A stretch of DNA of 61,101 nt, the filler included, from Basidiobolus ranarum (taxonomy: Eukaryota): the NCBI GenBank assembly GCA_040143965.1. It is 4 parts of 4 records of this genome, joined end to end, with 100 filler letters (N's around TTAATTAATTAA, not from the genome) between each part and the next. Parts side by side here need not be neighbours in the genome. Positions count along the whole stretch, not along the records: positions 30,670 to 45,842 come from JASJQH010007265.1; positions 45,943 to 61,101 come from JASJQH010007266.1; 2 more parts are not named here. One strand, 5' to 3'. Made by a program: the position numbers and the translations under genes. This document shows positions 38,060-52,183 of the stretch, one piece after another. A model generated the notes under the pieces. It saw only the letters and a program-made list of their open reading frames with translations. It did no database searches and was not told the origin of the DNA. How positions within the stretch are numbered: position 1 is the first letter of the stretch; the number at the start of each line of letters is the position of its first letter.

Positions 38060-38750
38060 ATATAACTACGTTGACACGGCCCAGAGGTGGTTTTGCTGGC
38101 ACTCTAAATTGTTTAGTCGTGTGTACAAAATAATGCAACTTCTGGGACTCAATGAATCATTCGTGTTAACTCTTCAATCATGAATTCCAAAGAGATCATG
38201 GGACAAGTTTACTAACCGTAGGGCATTATGTACCAGCCATCACTCAGATTCCTATAAACAAGGCAATATGGGACAGAGGTGGGTTTTAGTGTTTAGTGCA
38301 CAAGTTGCAGTATTGAGCTCCAGGTTGGTGAGGTATGTAAATTTGCATTCTCCAGACGGCATTCCGGTAAGATTGAGATAAGCAGAGTTGATCGGACCAT
38401 TGTGCGAGCTTGAGAAGAGAAAATTAGATCATCATATCGCATACAGAATTCATTGAAAACCCCCTAGCCGGGAATACTAGACTTCGTATATCGTGAGTAA
38501 CCACTGAACAAGAGAGTAGCGTTTGTAAACCCCAAATATTCGAGATGTTATCGGTGCCAACCCAGAGTGCCACAAAAGTGAAGATAATAATGATGGGTGA
38601 TGGATAATGATATTATCCTGCTATTCATCGAAGCACACAGCTGAGTTTGAGCTCCTTCGCAATTAATCATTTATATATGCCCCGAATCGGACATTCTGTT
38701 CCAAATTATGAATAGATATGAGCTGGATGAATATCTCAGGACCTTGTGGC
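38060..38750 (+). pseudogene. Heavily eroded serine carboxypeptidase (S10) remnant
   Basis: Ordered fragments VYKIMQLL, GHYVPAI (38221), NIRDVIGANP, IGHSVPNYE. Confidence 0.5.
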
Positions 38751-39806
38751 AAGGCTAGCACTCTGTAAAAGAGTCCTCCTCTGCTAGATGAGATGCATAA
38801 CGGAGTTTCTTATAACATACTGTGCACTGGAATGGTTCTAATATTTATGGTAGTGTCATGCCTATTTCTACCTCATTGACTATTGGTTCTTTCCAAATTC
38901 ATTAGAAATAAAACCAATTAAGGAGAACTTCTTTTAGAAATACGATCATTTAACTTCATTACAATCACCCATCTGGCCAAGTTTCAAGCGCACATATCAC
39001 CAGCTCATGATAGAAATGTGCTTTCTGTACATGGGATTGTACTAGAGCAATACTCTACCATCGAAGGTCACCGAAACAAATAGTGTCCCGCATTGCACCA
39101 CTAGTGGAGAACCTCGCATGCATTCAATAATTCTGCGCCAGGTGATATCGATGAACATCTATTACAGGCGTGCTACACTGTGCATCCGATGTAAATGTCA
39201 TTTTACTGGTAAGAGCATACAAGAAAGATATGCACTTGTTCTAGCGCAACGATGGTTTCGAGGAGATACTTCCCCGGAATCAAATCATGTGCAGCGTCCA
39301 TTGGATGTATGCATTTAATTGTTGCCGAGTGCCGTATAAATTATATTTCTAATATATAGTAATATATATTGCTATTTTGGTTAGGGATGGGATTCTTTTA
39401 GGGATTATGTATCACTTGATTCTATTAGTACAACGTTCCAGAAATGGCCTATTACTCAGCCACCTGATCAATCTCACTTCTTGTTATAGGTAAACCCCTG
39501 TAACCCTTTTCTATATACCAACCGCGCTTATATTTCAATTCATAAAGTAGTAGTCCTGTTGAGATATTGATGAGAGAGCGAGGCTTTTGATTTTGGCATT
39601 TAGAGTTTTCGCAAGTTATATTAGCAAGATATTCTAAAACACTTATATCGCGGCTTCTATCTTATTTTTGACTCCACTTTTCCTGTTATCTTAACCAACC
39701 CTGAGCTTTGAGCCAAGCTCAACACGCGACAACCACCTTTAGAGTAAAAGCAAACCCCATCTTTTAAGCTGAGTTCGAACGGGACCTCTTTCCCCTTTCA
39801 GATTAG

Positions 39807-41691
<1,885 letters not shown>

Positions 41692-42049
41692 GTTGATCAT
41701 TTTCACTATACGTCCACTTTGTTAATAACTTTACCATACTCTCAGTACTTCCATAATAAATATGTTCCACAGAAGTGAGCTCGATGAATCATAAGTTCTC
41801 CACGATAAACAGTGCGTATACAAGTATCTGGCATTAATCAAGTGCGATTATTATTGAACCATGGCTTTGATATCTTATAATGTTGATGAGAAATGCATTG
41901 GCCAGATGATATTAGGTTCGCTAGCGACTTCTCCACGCTTTACTCCAAACAGAGTATCCCTTACTGGCATGATATGGGTGGGAATGGCAATACCTGACTA
42001 ACCAATCAGCCATTTTCTAACTCCAACGTTTATTTCGTCTTGATATAAT

Positions 42050-42760
42050 TTCTACACGTTTATTTTGGATCATCTGGGGGAAATATCAACCCAGGACAAG
42101 GGTATTCGACTCCAATTGCTTGCCAATTGTTTATCGATGATTAACATCTCTACCATGTTAGATTTAAGACTATCTTCAGTCAAGTTGCATAGTACACCTT
42201 ACAGATGGAAGAATATCTATTTTGGAATGTGAAGGCTTCTATCTCCAGCATTCAGAATATCTTACTAGTTCCCAATTATTTCCATTAAAGGGTTTAGGCA
42301 AAGAGTGCAGTCCTTTACTATTGGCCAACAACCAGTTATTGCTTCTAGTAATACCTTGCTTAGGAATCTAGTAAGATGATGAAGTAGTTTACATGTAACC
42401 TCACCATATTCCTGTTCATGTAGAAATATGTTGCATACAGAGCAAAATCGGTAAAGAAAGTAACATATGATAGCTGGCATAAGTGTAGTGAACTTGTCAA
42501 GTGCTCATTCAGACATCATTGGAATTGGAGCCTGTTGCTACACTATTTAGAGCAAAAGTGGTATGATTATATGGTATGCAACTTCGATTGGATGAACTTT
42601 GAATTTTTGGTGGACCAACATAAGCTACAGTACGCATGCAAATTAGTTAGAGATATCCTGTTGATAAGAATGATATTCTATGCTACTCCTGGTATCCATA
42701 GATGTAGGTTCACTATTAGATTGCTTGCTTCAGTGTGTTGTACATGCAGCAACACTTCTT
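42050..42760 (-). mobile_element. Possible Ty3/gypsy integrase C-terminal remnant
   Basis: CpG-poor island with a frameshifted YVGP.KI..EVAYHI.IP resembling the GPY/F module. Weak. Confidence 0.3.
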
Positions 42761-42902
42761 GATTTCCAATTATTTGCCAATTAACCTTCCAATTGAAAAC
42801 AGTCATTTAGGCCGATCTTTGGTTGCTTACGTCACTGGCGCAGTCAAAAGTTAGACTAAGTTAAACCAGGACAAGTGACTTGACCAGTTGAACTTTGCTA
42901 AC

Positions 42903-44278
42903 ATGATAGGACTAATCCTATTAGCAGTTGGTTGTTACTACTCCTTTACTAGTAAACCTGACCCTGATTCCTTCCGTAAATTTATTGCCGGCGGTGAAAG
43001 TAATGAACCCTCTAGTTCTAAAGGATGGTTTAGTAAAGTTGTTAGTAAATTCCGTAATGTTCCCGAGTTTCAATATCACGACTATTTACTCTTCTCCTAC
43101 GTGAGTCTATCCGATGGTAGTGCCCATTTTCTCGGTTGGGGAAATCGTTGGTGGCTACTTTCCAAATTATTGGATGGTAATTTAAACCCTACTACAGGAG
43201 AAGAGAAGAATTTGGTGAATACGTTGGATCTTGTTGAACTGGAAAAGGAAAAGGCTCATAAAGCTAAATTAAAGAAGAATTGTAAGTTTGCTTTTGCTTT
43301 GATAAATAGAGTTTATTTTCTAAAGTAGTGGTACATTTATAGATATTGAAGCTGCCCAGTTCTTCCTAAAAGCTTCGCAATTTTTAAAAGATCAAAAAGA
43401 TGAGGAGAGTACTTATGAACAAGCTGTATGCCTCGAAGAAGCTTATAAAGCCTTTAAACAGGGGAATCAACTTGGTAAAATATTTAAGAACAAAAGCTAT
43501 GATAATGTCTAGCTAAACCCATTATTATACTAAATAGAGAAAGGATTGAACTACCTTGAACAAGCAGCCAGTAAATTTGGTACCTCGACTCGAAGGGCCA
43601 CTCGTGGCGCTAGGTTGTACGATCAACTTGGTGAGCACTACAACTCTCTTGGTAAACGTAATCAATCGCGCCAAGAACTTGTTAAAGCATGTAAAATGTA
43701 TGAGAAAGCAGCTGAACTTTATGATATGGAAGGGGACAGGTTGGTCATTTGAAAATACTTCCAAATGATCTACAGGATATTAATTATGTGTGAATATTCA
43801 GCCGATCAGTATACTCCATCTCACATCAGGCTGAGTTAGCTAGCGAGCTGGGTCTTTATGAGGAAGCGATACATTCCTACGACAAGGTCATTTCAGTAGC
43901 ATCGGAAGATCGGTTACTCCAATTCAAATTGAAGGACTATTTAGTCTCGGCATGCCTTTGTGTACTAGCAAAAGATGGGTGGGAAGAGTTCACCAGTACC
44001 TTCCATCGCTACCAAGACCTCTATCCGGCATTTAACTCTGCTCGAGAATCGCAGTTATTGAACGTAGGTTTCCTCTCGATAGCATAGATACCTATATGTT
44101 TACTTAACCATACTTTCTTTTTACCGAATAGGATTTGATCCAAGCTAAGAGTGACTTTGATTTGGAAAAGTATGAAACGACACTTGCACGACATATTAAT
44201 TTAACCCCTTTACCCATCTGGCAGTCACATATACTTGACAAAGCCAAGACAGGAATCCAACAGGAGGATTTATGTTAG
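42903..44278 (+). CDS. Alpha-SNAP/Sec17-like protein with an extra N-terminal hydrophobic-anchor domain
   Basis: Exons 42903-43281, 43343-43474, 43538-43739, 43802-44063, 44132-44278 splice in frame. YEKAAELYDMEG, LLQFKLKDYLVSACLC, YQDLYPAFNSARE, W..IL.KAK..IQQEDLC*. Confidence 0.85.
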
Positions 44279-45067
44279 CTTCCCTTGACTTCGAATATTC
44301 TTTCTATTGTGTGATAATTAAACAACCCATATGGGCATGAAATCCTCTCTATCCATTCCGACTGACAAGAAAGCAAGTTGCTCCTTAGGTAGAACTCTGT
44401 ACCATTGTTCTATCTCCTAGGTTTTGATCTATCGATCCAGCTGTATGTTAACATATGCTACTCTCCGTTTTGTTTCGCCTGATAAATGAATTAACAATAA
44501 ATACACGCATTCTTAAACCATTGGAAATTTTCAATAAACTTGGTGTAAGACACTTGACGGTCTCAAATCCTTTATGGGTATATCAAGCTTGGAGATGGTT
44601 CAGGTGTTTTGAACCAGATGTTCCAGCCTCGTAGATCGTGCTCTCAAAGTGCATCCTGCACCAAAAAATGATTATTATTATGAACAAAACTGTGAAATTC
44701 ATTCCAGCCATAACATGCGTTGCGTTAGTTTTGTTTTACGAAACATCATTGAGATTTGGCGACACGCAATCTGGACTGTTAATTACGAACAATACGTAAT
44801 TAACGCCATTAGTAAGCTTATGGTGTAGATTTCAATATTCCCATCACTATTTGTCTAAGTTTAGAACACCACTATCAACTAGATTGGCTAGAAGCCAGAA
44901 TTAATACTCTGGTCCGCACATGAAGCTGAAACTGGAATTGTTCATTTCTAATCAGAGATCAAGATAACCCGAGTGAACGCCCTGTGAAATCATCATCAAT
45001 GGAGTCTGAACGGTCTCCTGTGCGATGAACCTTCCTAATTTGAATGAACCTATGATATAGTTCCACA

Positions 45068-45274
45068 ACCTGGAAGGTCGCTGAATTACAATGCGTAGAT
45101 CAATTACAGGTAATCCATAGCCAGTAGGGTGTTCGATTCTGATTTCAAGTGCATTTGCCATTCTATAAATTTAACTAGGTTTTTTGGAAAGTTCCACAAT
45201 GAAACGTGAAGATAGCGGAGGATAATAATCCTCTGTCATAATGGCGATTATGTTAGGTTCATAACCTCAGAGGT
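45068..45274. promoter_or_regulatory. Two ZRE-like palindromes: ACCTGGAAGGT (45068-45078) and ACCTCAGAGGT (45264-45274)
   Basis: One and two mismatches, respectively, to the Zap1 ZRE consensus ACCTTNAAGGT; upstream of a His-rich gene. Confidence 0.55.
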
Positions 45275-45633
45275 ACTCGATATAGAGGAGATGGGAAGTC
45301 GCTGGGGATATTGCTTAGACGAGTTGCCAAACTAAGTATATTCAAATGATAATGATGATTGAATAGACTTGTATACACTAATACTATGGCAGCAATAGAA
45401 AGGAACCTATACTTAAAAAACGTACGCCAATGGGACGTGCATTCTTTGTCATTAAACCGGACTAATTCCATAAACTATTAGGAAACTCAGTACCATTGAC
45501 TATTAGTTTTAATAGAAAACTGAGTGTCTGGCAAAACAAACGAACGTATAAAACCCACTCGATTTCTGTCTTCAACATTAAGCCAACAGCTCTCGTATCT
45601 CTTACAACTGTACTCCGAATATTACAAGCCACG

Positions 45634-45842
45634 ATGAACTTCAAGCCTTCTGATAAAGCACTTCTACCTATCATTCTTATGGCGTTTGCAACCATAACCC
45701 TAGCCCAAGATACAACCATTGTACCCAAGCATGCCGGTATGTATTTCTTCCTTGCTTTGAATACCACCAAGTGGATATCCGTTTGACTAACCTTTGTTCT
45801 TTCTTGCTTTCCTTAGGCCCTGGACATGACCACGATCATGAT
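45634..45842 (+). CDS. 5' end of a signal-peptide, His-rich protein (probable ZIP zinc transporter or zinc-binding protein), truncated
   Basis: MNFKPSDKALLPIILMAFATITLA-QDTTIVPKHA, intron 45737-45816, then GPGHDHDHD at the contig end. Confidence 0.6.
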
Positions 45843-45942
45843 NNNNNNNNNNNNNNNNNNNNNNNNNNNNNNNNNNNNNNNNNNNNTTAATTAATTAANN
45901 NNNNNNNNNNNNNNNNNNNNNNNNNNNNNNNNNNNNNNNNNN
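45843..45942. other. Artificial contig linker
   Basis: N44-TTAATTAATTAA-N44. Confidence 0.97.
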
Positions 45943-47968
45943 GTTAGTATGCAATAATCAATTCTCAGGGTTAGCATAGACATTCACTTACTCGAATTTG
46001 CTTGTCTTCTGCTCCGGTAGCCAAGAATTTTCCGTCAGGACTGAAGCATACAGATCTAATGTAAAGATCGCCTTCTCTGTTGGCTGCTTCATCTTGTAAA
46101 ACACTGAGAGACTGTAAGTTATAGTTGACCTCTGTCGATGTACAATAACCACTTTACCAAATCTTATTTCCACTTTGAACGTCGTATATTTGTGCACTTC
46201 TATTACAGCCGGTAGCCAAGTATTTACCATCGTTACTGAATCGAACACAGCAGACAACACTAAACATTCAACTTTAGATGGAATCCAATTAAAAATATCA
46301 ATAGCATTGTATATATAGATTAGTACCTGCTATGATCCAAAGTATGTGCTAGATCGACATTTAACTGGCGAGGGACTCGAGGGTTAAAGCTATTAGAGAA
46401 GATATATATTAGCAGACTGGAATGCGAAAGTTCAGAAAAATCGAAAACTTACATGGCAAACCAATCAGATCCTTCACGCTTAAGTCCAGAAGGAAGATTC
46501 TCAAGATCTACGTCGTTGAAACTGCCACTTGCAGAGCCAGGACCTTTAACGGATGGTACTCTCACCGGACCAGTTACAGATTGCTGCTGCTGAACTGATT
46601 GTTGGGAAGGAAGGCCACTATTGCTCGACTTTCGATTGATACCTTGAGGACTAGTATTAGGATATGGAGAAGCACCTTGAGGAGGACCTTGTTGAGACTC
46701 ATTCTGCATGCCCACAGGTGGTTGAGAAGGGAGTGGTCCTTGCTGGCCCATCTAATCCAATAGTAAAAATTAGTTAGGCAATACGACTACAACAGATATA
46801 CAGAATACTCACCGGAGTATTTTGCGGACCACCTTGCATATAACCTATGTATGTGGTAGAAAACACGCAAACGTGTAAGTTTTATTATATGTAATAAATT
46901 AACGATTATATAAGCTACCCATTGGTGACTGTCCAGGTCCTGGCCCCATCATCCCTGGCATTTGATTAGGTGGTTGGCCTGGCATTGGAGGTGAAGAAGC
47001 AGGAACAGAGCCGTACATAGAAGGTTGTTGCATTGGTGTTTGTGATTGACCTCCCATGTGGTGGGGTGGAGCATCAGAGTCCCCACGAAGTCTTTTATTC
47101 GGAGGCTGATGTCCACCTTGTTGAGGTGGTACCTGTTGTGGAGTGCCAGGAGGGCCACCGCTAGAATAAGCAGCTAAGCCGGGAGGCCCAGACCCAGGGC
47201 CTGGATATCCTGGGTGTTGAGGTTGTGGTTGTTGATTTGGATCCATCATTTGAGGGGGCGCTGCTAATGAATTGGGTCCATTTTGTGCTCCGCTCATGAT
47301 CCCACTAAAAAGATTTGAAGGGCCGTGACCAATATTGGGAGGTGTAGGTTGATGGGCTTGATGGGGTGTACCACCGCTTTGAGGATGAGAGCCGCGGGCC
47401 TCGAGCTCCCGACGAAGTCTTAGTATTTCTTCTTCATATCTTGTGATATATATATATATAAGAATACCACTTCAAAAGATATGGACACTATTATACAGAA
47501 TAGATAATCTCTTACTGTTGTTTAATTTTCTGGTGAGTTCTCTCGAGTTCGTATAGATTCTGCTGGAATCCGGTCATTTCGTTCAGTTGTGCGGAGACTA
47601 AAAATAGTAAAGTTGTTTAATTCTATTCACTCATTCAAATTAAACTTGACAAAGACAGATGAAGTTATCCAAAGCAAGATGTGAGTAATACAACATCTGC
47701 TTTGGAAGAATCGCAAACTACGCGTTTAAATAATATCGGATTATCTTTATAAACGCGTCGCTTCAAACGAAGCTTGAAATGAACTCAGAAGAGATTGAAG
47801 TATCGAAGTAAACTTACTTTTGTGTTCAAACTCGTCACGCTGCATTTTGAACATGGAAACATCTTGGTTCACTTGTTCAAACTCAACCTTTAAAGCATCA
47901 AGAAGCTCAGGAATTCTACTCCCGGCTCCGGCGGGAACCATTGGACGATGATTATAGATGTTTGACAT
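45943..47968 (-). CDS. TUP1: Transcriptional corepressor Tup1, 5' part (3' end off contig)
   Basis: Tup_N ([30 protein letters not shown]), P/Q/G-rich linker, [11 protein letters not shown]40 [20 protein letters not shown] and [26 protein letters not shown]; multiple introns. Confidence 0.96.
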
Positions 47969-49435
47969 CTCGTCGTTGAAGAAATTTACGTAAGCTAACT
48001 GTCAATGGATTTCAAACCTTGAATTTTGCGTCGCAAATTTGAAAGTCTAAGTCAAAAAAAATAGACAGCTTGATTTTTCTTTCAAGGAAGTAAGATAACA
48101 AAGATTAAACAAGCAAGGAGAACTCGGCACAGATATAAAAATATCCCTTTTAATGAATGATTTTTCACTGACCATTAGGCATTAAGGAGGGGGAATTGAT
48201 GACCCTTTAATTTCAGATGAGCTCGTAATATATTAATAGTATTGTTTTTATTCTATCGTGATTCAATATCGAATTTGTATTCTATAGTCAATATAAATAT
48301 CTTCAGCTCCGAGTCAGCGAATTGGTTTTGAAATACTGATACAACGTTGTTTGTCACTCTTATCATTTGACCATATATATTAATTGGTAATCCATTTTAT
48401 GTTGTCTCAAATAGCAGTGATGAAGTTTGTCTTTTAGCCAGTTTCACCAACACAAACCTTCAGTGTTATTACTGATGGTATACTTACTGGACATTTGTAC
48501 CATTCTTTACACAAGTTTCCTTTTCCAGCCTGAAGAGAGTAGATTTGGGAAACGGAACTCAACATAAATATATCACCTACTCTAATCACTAATCCAAATC
48601 ATTGAATTGGTCGACTTGAATTCAAACAACTTCAATCGAGATCTAGATCAAACACTGCAACTGACACTGAGCCAAGTGGATACAATAGCATATAATGACT
48701 AGCGCTCTTGTTCTAATGCATACATACTAATGAGACAGCATTTATTCATATTTGACATGAGATCGCGCGTTTCTTTGTGACCTCAAACATCTTAGTTGCT
48801 GATATTTTATCAAGTACTTTAAGTACGGATTACCGGAAAAAGGTATTGTGAGTGAGCTTATATCTACAAAATGAGCTGTTCACAGGAGTTCATGATGAGC
48901 TCCTTTTTTCTATCGTTATGTTACAAAATGATCCGTCAGTCTCACGCTCAACGATAAAGTAGTTAACTCGGAAATATATGTCTAATTACGACTTTGCTAA
49001 TAACCATGTTGATGGAATATAAATGCTCTTGTGTTGACAGCAAAGCTACGTACTTTACCATCACAATACCTTGTAACGGATATTCTTTCTAGCTAACCAT
49101 GAACCCACTCAATAGTGTGGCAGTTAGAAATATGCTTGAAAGTATTTTGGATCAAGAATGTCAACTCGTAATTCATTTTTTCTTTCCAGTCTGCATGATT
49201 TTCGTTCGCTCAGCCTTTCGATAAGGTAGCTGTACTAGAACACTATACTGCACGCTACATCTTGCGGTTTTCCAAATAAATAATGAATATATGTATCATA
49301 TATAATGGTTACCAGACATGTCGGTCCTAACATGTTTAATGTGAAATTATGTGTACATAAAGAATGAAATACAAGTGACAAAAAACCTGTCACTAGCTTT
49401 CAATTTGAAATTCAAAAAACAGTTTTGCAGAAGAA

Positions 49436-50012
49436 CTATGCGGTAGGTTTAGTTTTCTTGACCTTCTTTCTTTCTTTTTTCTTCAGAGCGTCCATCTGCA
49501 CCTTCATGATGTTACCATATGCGTCGAGAAACTTTTCAAAGTCATTTGGTTGAACCTAAGGGAATAGATACAACTGTAAGTAAGTATTGTAGTGAATCTT
49601 AGCGAAATAGTAACACTACCAAAGTACTGATCTTGGCATTTCCGCAGCTGGCTCGAACTAAAGTAGAATACTCCGTTTCTTCGGTGACTTCGATGGTACT
49701 TCCCTTCTTTTTAGCTTCGTGATCGACTATGACAAAGGAAAATCATAAAATTAGCATTAGATTATAGGGAAGAAATTATCATGAAAAAAGTTTACATCTC
49801 TTCATATTTAGGTAGACAGTTCCAGAAGTCTTCGATTTTTCAAAGAATCGAGTGACTTGTGTGAGAAACTAGAACAACATTAGCTAGGCATCGATGAAGA
49901 GTCCAACATAACTTTGACAAGGATTAAACTAAAACTCATCTAAAAGCATTCATTGCGAAAAGGAAAAAATTAAAGAACTATTGAACTATACCGAATTATT
50001 ATCAACGAGCAT
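49436..50012 (-). CDS. SRP14: Signal recognition particle 14 kDa subunit
   Basis: Spliced: MLVDNNS | FLTQVTRFFEKSKTSGTVYLNMKR | ..LVRASCGNAKISTL | VQPNDFEKFLDAYGNIMKVQMDALKKKERKK..*. Confidence 0.9.
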
Positions 50013-50327
50013 TTTGAGGTATCTCAACTTCTAAATCTTTACGATACTAGATATATACTAGGTAAAGGTATAGTAATTAAAGCTAGAGCGTCTTTATCGT
50101 AAAGCAACTTTAAGCACCTTCACGCTATTTTTGCACGCAAAATTGTAGCTAAATTCCTGGGAATCACAGATCAAATTTAGACCAAAATTTATTGCTTTAG
50201 ATTTTCAAGTATATGAACCAATTATTGATTAAACTAACATTATTGGTTGGCTTGTTGTATGGTTTATTTGAACTGATTTTAATAATATAGACACATATAC
50301 GTAATTACATTATGTTACGAAAAATAA

Positions 50328-51504
50328 TCAATCATCCTCCATTTCCTCATTCAGAGATTCCTGCACAAGTATTAATACAGTTAGTAGGTTGTTTACAGGA
50401 ATAAAGTGGCGGTTGCTCACCTTTGCAAATCTTTCGGCCTCCACAACTAGATCTTGGGGGACAAATTGATGTTTGCCTTGGGTTTCTTCCGAGACCCAGG
50501 AGAGCTCTAGTTCGAAATCCCTATCTTTAGCCTCGTCATGTGCGGTGTAAATGCTGTATGCAGAGGCGAGATCAGTATATTATTGAATTATGATATCGAA
50601 TTAAATCATGGGAATTTACATTCTTGCTGCCTCCTTTATGGCTTCACGCACAGTCATTTCTTCCAATTTGAGTTTTTCAATCTCAGTCTTGGCCACTTGC
50701 CTTCCTTTACCAACAGCACAGCCATGGTATCCCTAATATAAGGGTTAATGATAATGAAGGTGAGAGATCGAATCAATGCTCACGAACCCAGTATACCCCA
50801 GAGGGCTCAATCATATAAAGTTGAGGTCCGTTTTCATCTATAAGACCAAGAATTGTGCTACAACCAAAAGGTCTAACGCTAGAATACAAAGTGTATGCTT
50901 GGATATATGAACCAACACGATCGGCAATCATCTGTTGGATTATCAGTATACATCTGTCAGAAACGTCGAATAAAAAGAGGAGAATATCATCAAAGTCCTA
51001 CTTTTCCTGAGATAGGGACCCTATAGTTGTCACGATAGCTTTGCGCCTCTTCTCTGGCCCTGTTTACGATATGTCTGGCATCCGCAATAAGACCGGCAGT
51101 GGCCTATGTCGATGTGAAATTCAGTACTGTGTCACGATTAGCCTTTTCAACTGAAGATGCATACCACGCCAATATGTTTATCCACGGTTTGAATTCGTTT
51201 GTTGGATCCAGGTACCAACAGTTTGGATTGAATAATTTTCTCGACAGCAAAAACGACGCCATCCTTTACTCGTAAGCCAATGACGGTACTAGGTACATTT
51301 CTATAAATACGGGGTTTTTACTGATATTAGCAGGAAGAATTACCCGCTATTATCAACTGCTTTGCCAGCGTATTCAACTTGAAAGACTCGGCCATCGGGT
51401 GAATATGTGCTTACTGATAAGTCGTACTGAATAAAACCGTTTACTATAGAGCTCAAGTATCGAAAAGGAATAATATAACTTACGCCAGTTCCGATAGAAG
51501 TCAT
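50328..51504 (-). CDS. PRE10: 20S proteasome subunit alpha-7
   Basis: MTSIGTG | [20 protein letters not shown]..; [34 protein letters not shown]; multi-exon. Confidence 0.96.
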
Positions 51505-52183
51505 ACTGTAGGATTGACTGCTTGCTAAGGAGATAGGAATGAAATAATACACGGGTTTTCCCTCTAGTATCTAGCTGACTTCCAGTATGTAAAACTTGAT
51601 TACGACATCTAAATACCCTAAATATTTAGGGGAGTCATATAATGGAAAGCTACGTCAATGCTCAGACTAGAAATTCTCAGAAACATCTAAATTTAAGCCA
51701 AATATCATTCTGATGTCCTCGTACGTAATAACTGAGATTTATTTTAACTGCCATACTTCTTATTTGAGCGATGATTTTGATGAGCCACGAACTTGATATT
51801 TACAACTTACTCCTTGTCATAAAGGTCGAATCAGGACCGCCCACGCTGATATAAAATTTATTGTAGGGATTTTACTAACTAGTTCAGATTTGTTTAAACT
51901 ACTCCAAGTGCATCTTACGTTAGCTCGAAATATTATTTTTCCCCTGCCAACCTTAACAATTTTCGTTAGTTGCTGTGGCGAGCTTGAACGACACATTACA
52001 TTTCAAAACCTCACCTAGACTACATTTCAGTTCGACTTTAGAAATCACAGGTATATATATCTTTTTATTAACTAGATTTGTATCTCTTAATCTTATTCCT
52101 ACAGTACAGTAAACAGATGAAAAAAAACTAATCCACATTTCCTCATTCTACAATTGTATCTAGTGAATCCTTCTTGTGACAAA

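Noticed and set aside
45634-47968. Link between the His-rich gene and TUP1
   Set aside because: They are on different contigs.
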